Assembly: GCA_035623855.1 (NCBI GenBank)
Contig: DASPSQ010000009.1
Span: 26,413 to 90,412 of the forward strand
Direction of reading: 5' to 3'
Length of the DNA stretch: 64,000 nt
DNA from: Thermoplasmata archaeon
GTDB lineage: Archaea > Thermoplasmatota > Thermoplasmata > Lutacidiplasmatales > UBA184
The position numbers were made by a program, and so were the translations under genes. The notes under the pieces are model-generated. The model saw nothing but the letters and a program-made list of their open reading frames with translations. It did not search any database and was not told the origin of the DNA. Positions 32,010-40,939 of the stretch are shown piece by piece; position 1 is the first letter of the stretch, and each line of letters begins with the position of its first letter.

Positions 32010-32082
32010 GCCGCGGTGGCTCAGCTGGTAGAGCGGCTCCTTGGTAAGGAGCAGGTCGAGGGTTCAAACCCCTCCCGCGGCT
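32010..32082 (+). tRNA. tRNA-Thr (anticodon GGU)
   Basis: 73-nt cloverleaf: GCCGCGG acceptor pairs with CCGCGGC, D-arm GCUC-AGCUGGUA-GAGC, anticodon arm GCUCC-UUGGUAA-GGAGC, T-arm GAGGG-UUCAAAC-CCCUC, discriminator U. No CCA is encoded. Confidence 0.85.
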
Positions 32083-32101
32083 GGAATTTCACTCAGCTCA
32101 C

Positions 32102-33163
32102 ATGCTAATTTGGGGGCGATCCCTTCCGTTCTTCGTGAACCGGGGTCGGACCGTTTCTCGTCTCCTTAAATCGCGAGAGCCATCTGTCCGCTGGAAGGCA
32201 CGGGTTCGGGTGCTCGGAGAAGAACCCGACTCGAGGCCAATCCGCGAACTCCGCGAGCAGATTCGGGTCTCGCCTCGGACCAGAGCGTTACTGGCGACGC
32301 GGAGAAGGCCCGGGCGTCGAGCCCCCGTCGGAATCTATCACAAGTGGCTGGGAACGCATTGGGCTCTGGCCCAGCTCGCAGACGTCGGGTATCCTTCGGG
32401 AGATGAATCACTCGAGCCGCTGGCTCGGCAAGCCTTGGACCTGTGGCTTCAGCCAGCTTACTTTCGCGAGTTTGACGCTTCCACGGAAGAGGAAGCCACT
32501 CGTCGGCATGACGCGGTCCCGAGGTTGGCGGGACGTTATCGACGATGTGCATCGCAACAGGGCAACGCACTGTTCTACTGCACCACGCTTGGCTTGGCAC
32601 CCGACGCGTGCGACCAGCTGGCGGAGCGACTGATGCACTGGCAGTGGCCCGACGGGGGCTGGAACTGCGACCGAAATCCCAACGCCGACACATCGTCCTT
32701 TGGTGAGACGCTCACGCCGATGTTGGGTCTCTTTGCCTACGGAACGGCCCGCCGAAAGACGGTCGCTATTCAAGCGGCGCGTCGGGCCAGCGAAGTATTC
32801 CTGCGCCGCCGTCTCTATAAGCGAGTCTCTGACGGCCACGTCATCCATTGGGAGTTTGCCGAACTCCACTACCCGCTCTACTGGCACTACGATGTCCTCG
32901 GCGCGCTGAAAGTCCTTGGTCCGATGGCACAGTTGGATGACCCTCGATGTGACGACGGGTTGAATCTGCTCGAGTCCAAGGAGCTGCCCGGCGGCGGTTG
33001 GCGGGCCGATCGCCGCTACTACGACCTCCCGGGCGAGCGACCCCGAAGGGGAACCGATCGGGTCCGTTGGGGGCGCCTGGGACGTAACACGATGAACGAA
33101 TGGGTGACCGCAGACGCTCTGTCGGTCTTGCGCGCCGCCGGTCGCCTTTCCCCGGGGGAGTGA
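32102..33163 (+). CDS. Alpha/alpha-toroid (prenyltransferase / terpene-cyclase-like repeat) protein, hypothetical function
   Basis: 353 aa with repeated aromatic-GGW motifs (WQWPDGGWNCD, LPGGGWRAD) characteristic of squalene-cyclase/prenyltransferase beta-type repeats. First cassette after the tRNA. Confidence 0.45.
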   Translation: MLIWGRSLPFFVNRGRTVSRLLKSREPSVRWKARVRVLGEEPDSRPIRELREQIRVSPRTRALLATRRRPGRRAPVGIYHKWLGTHWALAQLADVGYPSGDESLEPLARQALDLWLQPAYFREFDASTEEEATRRHDAVPRLAGRYRRCASQQGNALFYCTTLGLAPDACDQLAERLMHWQWPDGGWNCDRNPNADTSSFGETLTPMLGLFAYGTARRKTVAIQAARRASEVFLRRRLYKRVSDGHVIHWEFAELHYPLYWHYDVLGALKVLGPMAQLDDPRCDDGLNLLESKELPGGGWRADRRYYDLPGERPRRGTDRVRWGRLGRNTMNEWVTADALSVLRAAGRLSPGE

Positions 33164-33291
33164 GGCTCGTCGCCGGCTCGTCTCCATCGACGTGCCACCA
33201 AGTCGAGCCGCGAGACCAGGCCTAGGTTTCCGTGCTCGTTGCACGAGAAATCGGTGTCGATTCTCTCCGGAGGATCATTCGAGCCCGGGAA

Positions 33292-33329
33292 GGGATTCGA
33301 ACCAAAAGGGAAGGTCCTCCCCCGGCCTC
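33292..33329 (+). repeat. Degenerate copy R1 of tRNA-Thr 3'-end-derived repeat
   Basis: GGGATTCGAACC..aaaaggga..TCCTCCCCCGGCCTC, same architecture as the other copies (inverted T-arm-like arm plus CTCCCGCGGCTG-like tail). Confidence 0.5.
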
Positions 33330-33402
33330 AGGCAGACGGACTTTCCAGTGCCACAATCCACACTTCTCAGAAACTTTAATTGTAGGATATCCATAACAGC
33401 AA

Positions 33403-33627
33403 TTGAATCATACCATGGCGGCAACGACCATCACCGTTTCTCAGGAGACTCGAAAGCTGTTGGAGGGTCTGAAGACCGGCGGTGCCACCTACGACGACGT
33501 GATTCGCGGCCTGATCATCGCCCATCCCACTCAACTCACGCTGGCGGAGTTGGCCCGGCGGATTCGAGAGGGGAAGCCGCATCCTATCGAGGAGCTCATC
33601 GCTCGCAGCCGAGAACAGCCCTACTGA
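33403..33627 (+). CDS. Putative antitoxin (ribbon-helix-helix-like)
   Basis: 74 aa. N-terminal TITVSQETRKLLEGLK fits a beta-strand then helix RHH pattern. It sits immediately upstream of a RelE/ParE-like ORF (8-nt gap). Confidence 0.4.
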   Translation: MNHTMAATTITVSQETRKLLEGLKTGGATYDDVIRGLIIAHPTQLTLAELARRIREGKPHPIEELIARSREQPY

Positions 33628-33634
33628 GGGAACC

Positions 33635-33979
33635 GTGCCGTTCCGCCTCGAGAGCGTCGAGGAGGCGGACACCGAGTTTCTCGCCCTTCCTCCCGATGTT
33701 CGAGAAGTGTTCATCGCGGCGTTTCGAGAGCTGGCTGCCAGCGATACTCCGCTCGCCCGGGGACCCGGGTGGTACACGGAGGAGCTGCGACAACGCCAGC
33801 GTGTCGCACCACAAGGGCTGTTCTCGCTCCACGTCCGGAATCTCTGGAGAGGGGTCTACTTTCGGCGCGGCAGGTCCCTGATCTTCATCGCTTTCGGATT
33901 CCGACTGCCCGAGTTCTACGACAAACTGAAACGGTTGCGGAAGGTAATCTCGACTCCAGCCCTTTCGGGGCGGATTTGA
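33635..33979 (+). CDS. Putative RelE/ParE-family toxin
   Basis: 114 aa, basic, small-toxin-like sequence pattern (LWRGVYFRRGRSLIFIAFGFRLPEFYD). Its stop codon lies inside repeat R2. Confidence 0.4.
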   Translation: MPFRLESVEEADTEFLALPPDVREVFIAAFRELAASDTPLARGPGWYTEELRQRQRVAPQGLFSLHVRNLWRGVYFRRGRSLIFIAFGFRLPEFYDKLKRLRKVISTPALSGRI

Positions 33980-34008
33980 ACCCTTCGTTCAATCCCCTCC
34001 CGCGGCTG
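33972..34008 (+). repeat. Copy R2 of tRNA-Thr 3'-end-derived repeat
   Basis: GGATTTGAACCCttcGTTCAATCCCCTCCCGCGGCTG; the last 14 nt are identical to the tRNA-Thr T-stem/acceptor 3' strand. Confidence 0.7.
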
Positions 34009-34310
34009 TGTTCCCCCCCGAAAACTCCTTTCGAGAGGGCAACCTCCAGAGACGAGCTCAGCCGTTCGGGAAGTACCGATCCGTGGTGGCCGCTGGGACA
34101 TGCCCGGAATCCTCGGTTTGCGGGCAGGTGGCCAAGAATCGATTTTCGAGGGTGTCGCCGGATCCCCCCTCTTCCTCGGGGGAACGTAGCCTGTCCTCGG
34201 CATGGACGGGCCGCGGCTTGGGGGGCCGAACCCCATCGCCGCTCCAGACGCGGGTCAAAGCCCGTCGGTTCGAAAGTCGGGGATCTCCTCGACCGTACGA
34301 AGGTGAGGTC

Positions 34311-35000
34311 CTACCAGGTCTTCTGGAGGACTTCGGCGACCGAGGGCAGGTCACGAAGTCTAACCTTAGCTCCCGTCTGGAGGGGACCCTGATCCCATCC
34401 CCTCTCTACCGTGAGGAACGCTTCTCTCCAGGTCGACGGTTCCGCCCCCCGAAGATGCAGAATGTGCTCATACCCAAACCGGTTTGCGTTCGGGGCATCC
34501 GCCCACAACATGAGCACAGGTCCTCCGGCCTCTACGATGGAACGGATCGTGGGGCCCACAACATCTGCCGGATACAAGGTGTGTAGGCGATGCGCCCCCG
34601 ACAGAACCAGAATCGGCCTCGGTCCTTCGCGCGGAAGTCGGGAGAGCATATCCTGAGTCTGCTGCGGGAGGCGGAGGAACTCGGCAAAAGAACGGACGGA
34701 CTCGTCCCCCTCATCCGACCGTATGAGGTAACCGAGCGCGACATTGCCGACAGGTTCGTTCCTCTCGAGTACTTTCGGAGCGACGACAATGAGCCTATCC
34801 TGCGGAATGAGCGAGGTCTTCAGCAGATCTGTATCTTCGAGCACTTCGCCCTCCAGCTGGACATGCCCCCAAAGGAAACCGCCCGGATGCCCGAACACCA
34901 GGCCATAGGCGACCCAGTTGAGCAAGGAGCGACCACTGCCACAGATAATCACGGAGGTGCGCGGCTCAAACAATCCTTGGGGTGGCGCGGTAGGGACCAT
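34311..35000 (-). CDS. Hypothetical protein (possibly degenerate RecA/KaiC-superfamily fold)
   Basis: 229-aa ORF in the correct codon frame. IICGSGRSLLNW resembles a Walker-A loop but lacks the lysine. No confident family assignment. Confidence 0.35.
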   Translation of the reverse strand: MVPTAPPQGLFEPRTSVIICGSGRSLLNWVAYGLVFGHPGGFLWGHVQLEGEVLEDTDLLKTSLIPQDRLIVVAPKVLERNEPVGNVALGYLIRSDEGDESVRSFAEFLRLPQQTQDMLSRLPREGPRPILVLSGAHRLHTLYPADVVGPTIRSIVEAGGPVLMLWADAPNANRFGYEHILHLRGAEPSTWREAFLTVERGWDQGPLQTGAKVRLRDLPSVAEVLQKTW

Positions 35001-35340
35001 CGAGCCCTCTTTCTTGATCCGGAAGGAGATGATGTCCCTTCCTCTTGTCTCTATTGCCCCAAGCGGTGTCGGCCCGAGCGATTGCCTCGCGGCAGTCGCA
35101 AGTGCATCGGAGGCAGTCCAAGTTGATCACACGCGCACCCTGAGGTTCTCGCGGGAACCGATCTGCTCCGAAGGGACGTGAACCAAGATGTCGGTCCCTC
35201 CCACAGCTGGAATTTCCTTCAGCCTTCAGGATATCTCGGAACTTGGAAGGCTTCCCCGAGGCCAAACTTTGCACGTCCCCAACATGGGCCGAGAAGAAAC
35301 CCTTTCGTGGACTTGGGCGGTACCGAGCCCAGAATTCGGT

Positions 35341-35964
35341 ATGCTAAGAACCAATCGAGCGATCACGAGGCTCTCAGGACTTCCGCGATACTCGACAAAG
35401 GAGCTGTCCCCCCAATCTTGGCGAGACTTTGAGAGCCTCTTTCTGAGGAAAAGCGAAGGTGGAGGTTGCTGGTGCATGATCTTTCATCATCTCGGTCGAC
35501 TTCCGAAGACCGAAAAGGGAGGGATGACCCCGGCCCGAGTCGCCAGGTGCCGCAAAGAGAAGCGAACCTTGGTGTGGAAGGGTGCCTCCCACGGCATCCT
35601 GGTCTACGCGAACACAGAACCGGTCGGGTGGTGCCAATACGGCCCGAAGGAAGAGCTACCTCGAATCGATGCGGGGACGCTCTACAGGAAGCTCGCAATC
35701 GACCACGATCGCCAGCGACTTTGGAGGATTACATGCTTCTGGGTCGACCGGAAGCATCGCAATCGGGGGGTTGCAAGCACAGCCTTGGGTGCAATCCTCG
35801 AATCGATCAAAAGAAAGGGCGGAGGACTTGTCGAAGCGTATCCAGCCAAAGTAAAGGGATTCCCGGCCGACTGGATGGGCACCTGGTCCATGTTCCGGAA
35901 GGAAGGATTCGAAATCGTGGCGCCCTACGGTGCATCCAACGTGCTCGTACGGCGGACGGTGTAA
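35341..35964 (+). CDS. GNAT-family N-acetyltransferase
   Basis: ITCFWVDRKHRNRGVASTALGAILESIKRKG matches GNAT motif A (R/Q-x-x-G-x-G/A). Start uncertain; 35188 and 35284 are also in frame. Confidence 0.6.
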   Translation: MLRTNRAITRLSGLPRYSTKELSPQSWRDFESLFLRKSEGGGCWCMIFHHLGRLPKTEKGGMTPARVARCRKEKRTLVWKGASHGILVYANTEPVGWCQYGPKEELPRIDAGTLYRKLAIDHDRQRLWRITCFWVDRKHRNRGVASTALGAILESIKRKGGGLVEAYPAKVKGFPADWMGTWSMFRKEGFEIVAPYGASNVLVRRTV

Positions 35965-36028
35965 CACGGGTCAAGGCCGGCAGCGAATCTTGGCCCAGGC
36001 CAGCGCGGGCAGGGGCACCCGCATCGCT

Positions 36029-36062
36029 GTGAACCCTCAGTTCAAACTCCTCCCCCGCCCGG
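36029..36062 (+). repeat. Degenerate copy R3 of tRNA-Thr 3'-end-derived repeat
   Basis: GTGAACCCTCAGTTCAAACTCCTCCCCCGCCCGG; left arm truncated, tail mutated. Confidence 0.55.
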
Positions 36063-36164
36063 AAAATCTCGTACGGGATGCGCCCTCGTATTGACTTCGC
36101 CGTGCCAACGGCTTGAGCTATCGCGACTGGCGGAGTAATTAGGGCCGGCTCATCATCCCAAGCC

Positions 36165-38369
36165 GTGGCGTCGCCGCCCCTCACCCCAGAACGGGTGTTC
36201 GGCAGCCCCGCGTTGTCGGGGCCGGTGGCTCGGGGCGTTGAGGTCTCGCCGGACGGTCGCTACGTCACCTTCCTGGCTCCCGAGCCGACGAATCAGTTCA
36301 AGCTCGATCTGTGGATTGCGCCGGCGGATGGCGGCGAAGCTCGTCTCCTGGTCTCTGGTGAGGCCGTCGAACCATCTGACCAGAGCCTAAACGAGGCCGA
36401 GAAGAGCCGACGAGAACGGATGCGACTGGCGGCGGTCTCCGGCGTGTTGACCTATCACTGGGACGAACAGTCCAGGATGCTGCTGATTCCCGCCGGCGGC
36501 GAACTCTACACCGCTGACGCCCGGACCGGCCGTGTGGCGAGGCTCAACACCGGCGGCCCCGGTGCCACCGACGCTCGAATCTCTCCGTTGGGCCGTTACG
36601 TGAGCTATGTGCGTGACCAGAACCTCTATGTGATCGACTTCGACGATGGCCGGGAGCGAGCACTGACGACGGAGGGGCAGGGGCCGATCAGCTTCGGTGT
36701 CGCCGAGTTTGTCGCCCAGGAAGAGATGGGCCGCTACACCGGCTATTGGTGGGCGCCGAACGACGACGCCATCGCGTACGCAAGGATTGACGAGAGCCCG
36801 GTTGAGATTGTCCCGCGGCTCGAGGTTGCCGTGGAGGGCGCCCGGGTCTCATCCCAACGGTATCCCCGCGCCGGCACGGCCAACGCCCTGGTCAGCCTGT
36901 ACGTGCGGCGGATGACGGACGACGGGTCGCCGGTGCTCGTCGACTTGGGCACCGCTACCGACGTCTATCTAGCGCGAGTTCACTGGTCGGCCGACGGGCG
37001 CGATCTCTATGTGGAACGCGAGAGCCGTGATCAGAAGAGGCTCGACCTGCTTCGAGTCGACCCCGCCACCGGAGACTCCGTCGTAATCCTCAGCGAAACT
37101 CGATCACCTTGGGTCATGCTCACCCACGATTTTCGTGCCTTGAAGGATGGTGATTTCATTTGGGCGTCCGAGCGCTCCGGTTCCAATCAGTTGTATCTCT
37201 ACCATGGCGACGGAACCCTGGTGCGGTCCATTACTGCCGGCAACGCCCCGGTGGTGCGTGGCGCCCTCGGCGCCGGCGCCGAGGCGCCGGGCTTAGTGGG
37301 TGTCGACGAGGAAGAGGGGGTTCTCTACTTCATGGCCTCTCGCGAGACCCCGATCGAGCGCCAACTCTATTCGGTCTCCTACCGCGCCCCGGCAGAACCC
37401 GTGGCCGTCACCCAAGGTCACGGGTGGTGGACCGCAGTGATGCCCCAGTCTGCGACCGTGTTCGTGGGCTACTACTCCGACCCAGTAACGCCACCGCAGA
37501 CCGCCCTACTCCGCGCCGACGGCCAGCGGTTGCGGTGGGTCGAACAGAACGCCCTCGACGCCCACCACCCGTACGCCCCCTACGCCGCGCGCTATCCGCT
37601 GCCGGAGTTTGGCACTCTGAAATCTTCGGATGGCCAGGACCTTTACTACGTCCTACAAAAGCCCGTCAACTTCGATCCGTCCCGCCGATATCCGGTGATC
37701 GTTAGAGTCTACGGAGGGCCCGCCGCGCAGTTTGTGACGCGTGCCTGGCCGGATGTGAGGGAGAAGCTCTTCCTCGAGGCCGGCTTCCTTGTCTTCTGGC
37801 TCGACAATCGCGGGTCGGCCAATCGCGACTCCACTTTCGAGGGGGCGATTGCCGGCCGACTAGGGTCGGTGGAGGTTGATGACCAGATCGTCGGGTTGGA
37901 CTGGCTCAAATCGCTGCCCTTCGTGCGCGCCGACAAGATCGGTGTCTGCGGCTGGTCCTACGGGGGATTCATGGCGCTGCGCATGCTCACCGACCCGCGG
38001 GCCCATCTCGCGGCCGGCGTGGCCGGCGCCCCGGTCACCGACTGGCGTCAGTACGACACCCATTACACGGAGCGCTACTTGGGAGACCCCACGGTCAACG
38101 CCGCCGCGTACGACCACTCAGCAGTCATCCCGCGCCTTGGTGCCTTGTCCGGCCGCCTGCTCCTCATTCATGGGATGGCCGACGACAACGTTCCACTCGG
38201 GAATTCTATCGCGGTGATGGCGGCCCTCCAGGCCCAGGGAACGCTCTTCGACCTGATGCTCTATCCCGGTGAGCGTCACGGCGTTCAGGGTGTAGGTCGA
38301 CAACTCCAGCTCTGGCGAACTCTGCTCGGGTTCTTCGTACGGGAACTGGGCGGGAACGCAGGTCTCTGA
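36165..38369 (+). CDS. S9-family serine peptidase (dipeptidyl-peptidase IV / prolyl oligopeptidase type)
   Basis: 734 aa. N-terminal beta-propeller region, then alpha/beta-hydrolase domain with GWSYGG (catalytic Ser), GMADDNV (Asp) and GERHG (His). Confidence 0.8.
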   Translation: MASPPLTPERVFGSPALSGPVARGVEVSPDGRYVTFLAPEPTNQFKLDLWIAPADGGEARLLVSGEAVEPSDQSLNEAEKSRRERMRLAAVSGVLTYHWDEQSRMLLIPAGGELYTADARTGRVARLNTGGPGATDARISPLGRYVSYVRDQNLYVIDFDDGRERALTTEGQGPISFGVAEFVAQEEMGRYTGYWWAPNDDAIAYARIDESPVEIVPRLEVAVEGARVSSQRYPRAGTANALVSLYVRRMTDDGSPVLVDLGTATDVYLARVHWSADGRDLYVERESRDQKRLDLLRVDPATGDSVVILSETRSPWVMLTHDFRALKDGDFIWASERSGSNQLYLYHGDGTLVRSITAGNAPVVRGALGAGAEAPGLVGVDEEEGVLYFMASRETPIERQLYSVSYRAPAEPVAVTQGHGWWTAVMPQSATVFVGYYSDPVTPPQTALLRADGQRLRWVEQNALDAHHPYAPYAARYPLPEFGTLKSSDGQDLYYVLQKPVNFDPSRRYPVIVRVYGGPAAQFVTRAWPDVREKLFLEAGFLVFWLDNRGSANRDSTFEGAIAGRLGSVEVDDQIVGLDWLKSLPFVRADKIGVCGWSYGGFMALRMLTDPRAHLAAGVAGAPVTDWRQYDTHYTERYLGDPTVNAAAYDHSAVIPRLGALSGRLLLIHGMADDNVPLGNSIAVMAALQAQGTLFDLMLYPGERHGVQGVGRQLQLWRTLLGFFVRELGGNAGL

Positions 38370-38571
38370 GGACCGGCCGTCGCGAGGAGGAGGGCTTATC
38401 CAATTTCTCGATTGACGTTGGGGAAGTTTTCGTCGGGTCCGAGCGAACGCTTCTGTCATCCGGGTGAGCCTCCGCCCCGAGCACGTCGATGAGGGAGCGA
38501 GGCTCGATTTTCACCGCCATCCGGGCGGGGGGTACTCGGTCCACCGTGACGGATCGCCGGCGTCTTCTCAT

Positions 38572-38608
38572 GGATTTGAACCCCCAGTTCAAACTCCTCC
38601 CGCGGCTG
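38572..38608 (+). repeat. Copy R4 of tRNA-Thr 3'-end-derived repeat
   Basis: GGATTTGAACCCCCAGTTCAAACTCCTCCCGCGGCTG; 7-bp inverted arms TTTGAAC/GTTCAAA flank a 5-nt spacer. Confidence 0.7.
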
Positions 38609-38844
38609 ATATTCTCTCGTAAGCTGGCCCACGGTGGACCCCCAGCGGTTCCTCGACAGTGGGATTTCATCAGGGGCCTGGCGCTAGCAGATCAGCCGAG
38701 TTAACGACGAGACTCCGCGCCAAAGGGGGTGTGATTGGGACGGACCCGTACTCCCCGGCCATGATCTCCCGGATGCTTCCGAAACATCTATCAGGAGGGA
38801 GCTTACTCACGGCGCAGTCCACCCGCGGATTGGAAGGTAGAAAG

Positions 38845-39531
38845 ATGGGGTTCATCGACGATCTGAGCGTGGTCGTCGATCTGCTGGTGCTGGTTGCGGT
38901 AGTGCTCTTCTACACGGGGTTCCTCGTGTGGTTTCACACGCTCTACCGAAAGGATCCGGCCCGAGCTTACACGCACCTCCGAGGCGGAGGGTTCATCCTG
39001 GCGCTCCTGGGTGGTCTCATCGGATTGTTCGCCATCTGGGGTGAGTTCGTTTGGCCCCTCACGATCCAAACCCCCGGGGGCGCGCTGACCGTTTACAATG
39101 TCTTCTTCTTCGACCCGTTGCTCTTGCTAGCCGTTCTGCTTGTCGGATTCGGAGTCGCGGTGTGGGCCAAGCTCCCCACGCATTTCATCGGGGTGATGGG
39201 CATCGTGAGCGGCGGCGGAGTGATTTACTACGGGTACTTGGGGTACCAAAACAGCCTCACGCTAGACCACCTCGAGACGTACCTCCTGTTCCTGGTTTGG
39301 GGCACAGTGTCCATCGCATCCTACGGCGCGACGCTGTTTGTGGACTGGTTCGTGATCGGGCCGCAGAACCCGAGCGTCGGTCCCCTCGCTTCGGGCCCGA
39401 CGCCCGCGTTCCCGCGGATGTGGGCCGTGCTCATCTTCCTCTTCCTCATCGTGGTCGTGCTCGCCGGGGTCGCCACGATTTGGTACGGGCAGAACATCAC
39501 CTGGGGTCATCTACGAGGGCTAGGCCCCTAG
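38845..39531 (+). CDS. Integral membrane protein (DUF981-like, ~6 TM)
   Basis: 228 aa and very hydrophobic, with regularly spaced Gly/aromatic TM segments. Its stop codon abuts repeat R5. Confidence 0.5.
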   Translation: MGFIDDLSVVVDLLVLVAVVLFYTGFLVWFHTLYRKDPARAYTHLRGGGFILALLGGLIGLFAIWGEFVWPLTIQTPGGALTVYNVFFFDPLLLLAVLLVGFGVAVWAKLPTHFIGVMGIVSGGGVIYYGYLGYQNSLTLDHLETYLLFLVWGTVSIASYGATLFVDWFVIGPQNPSVGPLASGPTPAFPRMWAVLIFLFLIVVVLAGVATIWYGQNITWGHLRGLGP

Positions 39532-39568
39532 GGATTCGAACCACGGTGTGAGTCCCTCCCGCGGCTGG
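39531..39568 (+). repeat. Copy R5 of tRNA-Thr 3'-end-derived repeat
   Basis: GGGATTCGAACCacggtgtgaGTCCCTCCCGCGGCTGGAAT; the tail matches the tRNA-Thr 3' end including the downstream GGAAT. Confidence 0.7.
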
Positions 39569-39748
39569 AATCTTCCTCGGCCCACAGGCCAGCTTGGGTC
39601 AAGTTCGGTTGCTTTCACCCATCACTGCGAGGAGACCCCGAGCTAGGCCGAGAAGTTACCCCTCCGCAGAGGGTGGGAGCGAAGTCAGTCGCCCTCTGGG
39701 GGAATGGCAGGCTCCATCCGGAAGAGTGGAAGCGGAAAGTCCTGTAGG

Positions 39749-40780
39749 TCAGGGCGGAACCGAAAGGGGTGGGTCTGCGACCTTCAGGAGTTGCTTACCG
39801 AAATTCTCGCCGCTGAACAGCCGCGCGAGGGTCTTCGGCGCTTTCTCGAGCCCGACCGCGATGTCCACTTTCTGCTTGAGGCGTCCTTCGGCATGCCAGC
39901 CGGCGAGGACCGGCGCCGCTTCCGCAAACCGTGCCGCGTAATCGAGTATGATGAACCCCTCCATCCGGCCCCGCTTCGTGATCAGGAGAGGATAGTTCCT
40001 CAGCGGCCGGAACTCCCGACTCACGTAGTCGGATATCGCTCCGCACATCACGATCCGGGCGTGCAGGTTGATCCGGCCCAGCACCTCGTCGAGGATCTCG
40101 CCGCCGACGTTGTCGAAGTAGACATCGATTCCCTGCGGGCACGTCTCAGAAAGTCGGGGGCCGACTTTCTCCGCGCGATAATCGATAGCGGCATCGAATC
40201 CGGCTTCCTTCCGAAGCCAATCGCACTTCGCGGGACCTCCGGCGATACCGACGACCCGCGCTCCACGGATCTTGGCGATCTGTCCCGCGATCGACCCGAC
40301 GGCGCCCGCGGCGCTCGAGACCACGAACGTCTCCCCCGCTTGAACCCTCGCGATATCGACGACTCCGAAGTAGGCGGTCATCCCGGTGATGCCGAAGAGG
40401 CTCAGCGCCAACTCGGGAGGGATACGGGGAGGAACTCTCTGGACCGTGTTCAGGTCGCTCCCGCCGACGACGACGTAGTCTTGCCAACCGGTCAAGCCCC
40501 TCACCAGCTCGCCGACCTTGAAGCCTGCGCTCCGCGACTCGACCACCTGGCCGATCCCGGATGCGCGCATCACCCCGCCGATCGGAACCTTTGGAACGTA
40601 AGTGTCCACTTTCATCCATCCCATTTGCGTGGGGTCGCAGGAGAGCCATAGGGTCCTGAGGAGAATCTCTCCGTCCTTCGGCGGCGGGATCGAGGTCTCT
40701 ACCCACTTGAAGTTCTGTTCGCCGAACATACCTTCGGGTCGGCTCACGAGCAGCCACTGACGGTTCGGTCGACTCGCCAT
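39749..40780 (-). CDS. NADP-dependent oxidoreductase, MDR superfamily (YncB/CurA/PTGR-type alkenal/quinone reductase)
   Basis: 343 aa from MASRPNRQW. AAGAVGSIAGQIAKIRGARVVGIAGG nucleotide-binding motif and the overall PTGR/LTB4DH layout. Confidence 0.75.
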   Translation of the reverse strand: MASRPNRQWLLVSRPEGMFGEQNFKWVETSIPPPKDGEILLRTLWLSCDPTQMGWMKVDTYVPKVPIGGVMRASGIGQVVESRSAGFKVGELVRGLTGWQDYVVVGGSDLNTVQRVPPRIPPELALSLFGITGMTAYFGVVDIARVQAGETFVVSSAAGAVGSIAGQIAKIRGARVVGIAGGPAKCDWLRKEAGFDAAIDYRAEKVGPRLSETCPQGIDVYFDNVGGEILDEVLGRINLHARIVMCGAISDYVSREFRPLRNYPLLITKRGRMEGFIILDYAARFAEAAPVLAGWHAEGRLKQKVDIAVGLEKAPKTLARLFSGENFGKQLLKVADPPLSVPP

Positions 40781-40939
40781 CGGACCCCCTCCTCGAAGAA
40801 TCGAGACGGTTTCGTTGCCCGGAGCACCGAAGGCCAGCATAAGTCCGGCGCCCGAACCTCGAGTTGACGTAGCCCGGGTCGATCGCTGGGATTCTTCAAC
40901 CCCCGAAGGGTCGGGGGAGATTTTCACGTGACGGGGTGT

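Noticed and set aside
33280-33370. GGATTCGAACC-containing stretch that at first looked like a minus-strand tRNA
   Set aside because: The reverse complement does not fold into a cloverleaf: no T-stem partner and no acceptor pairing. It is better explained as a degenerate copy (R1) of the tRNA-Thr-derived repeat.
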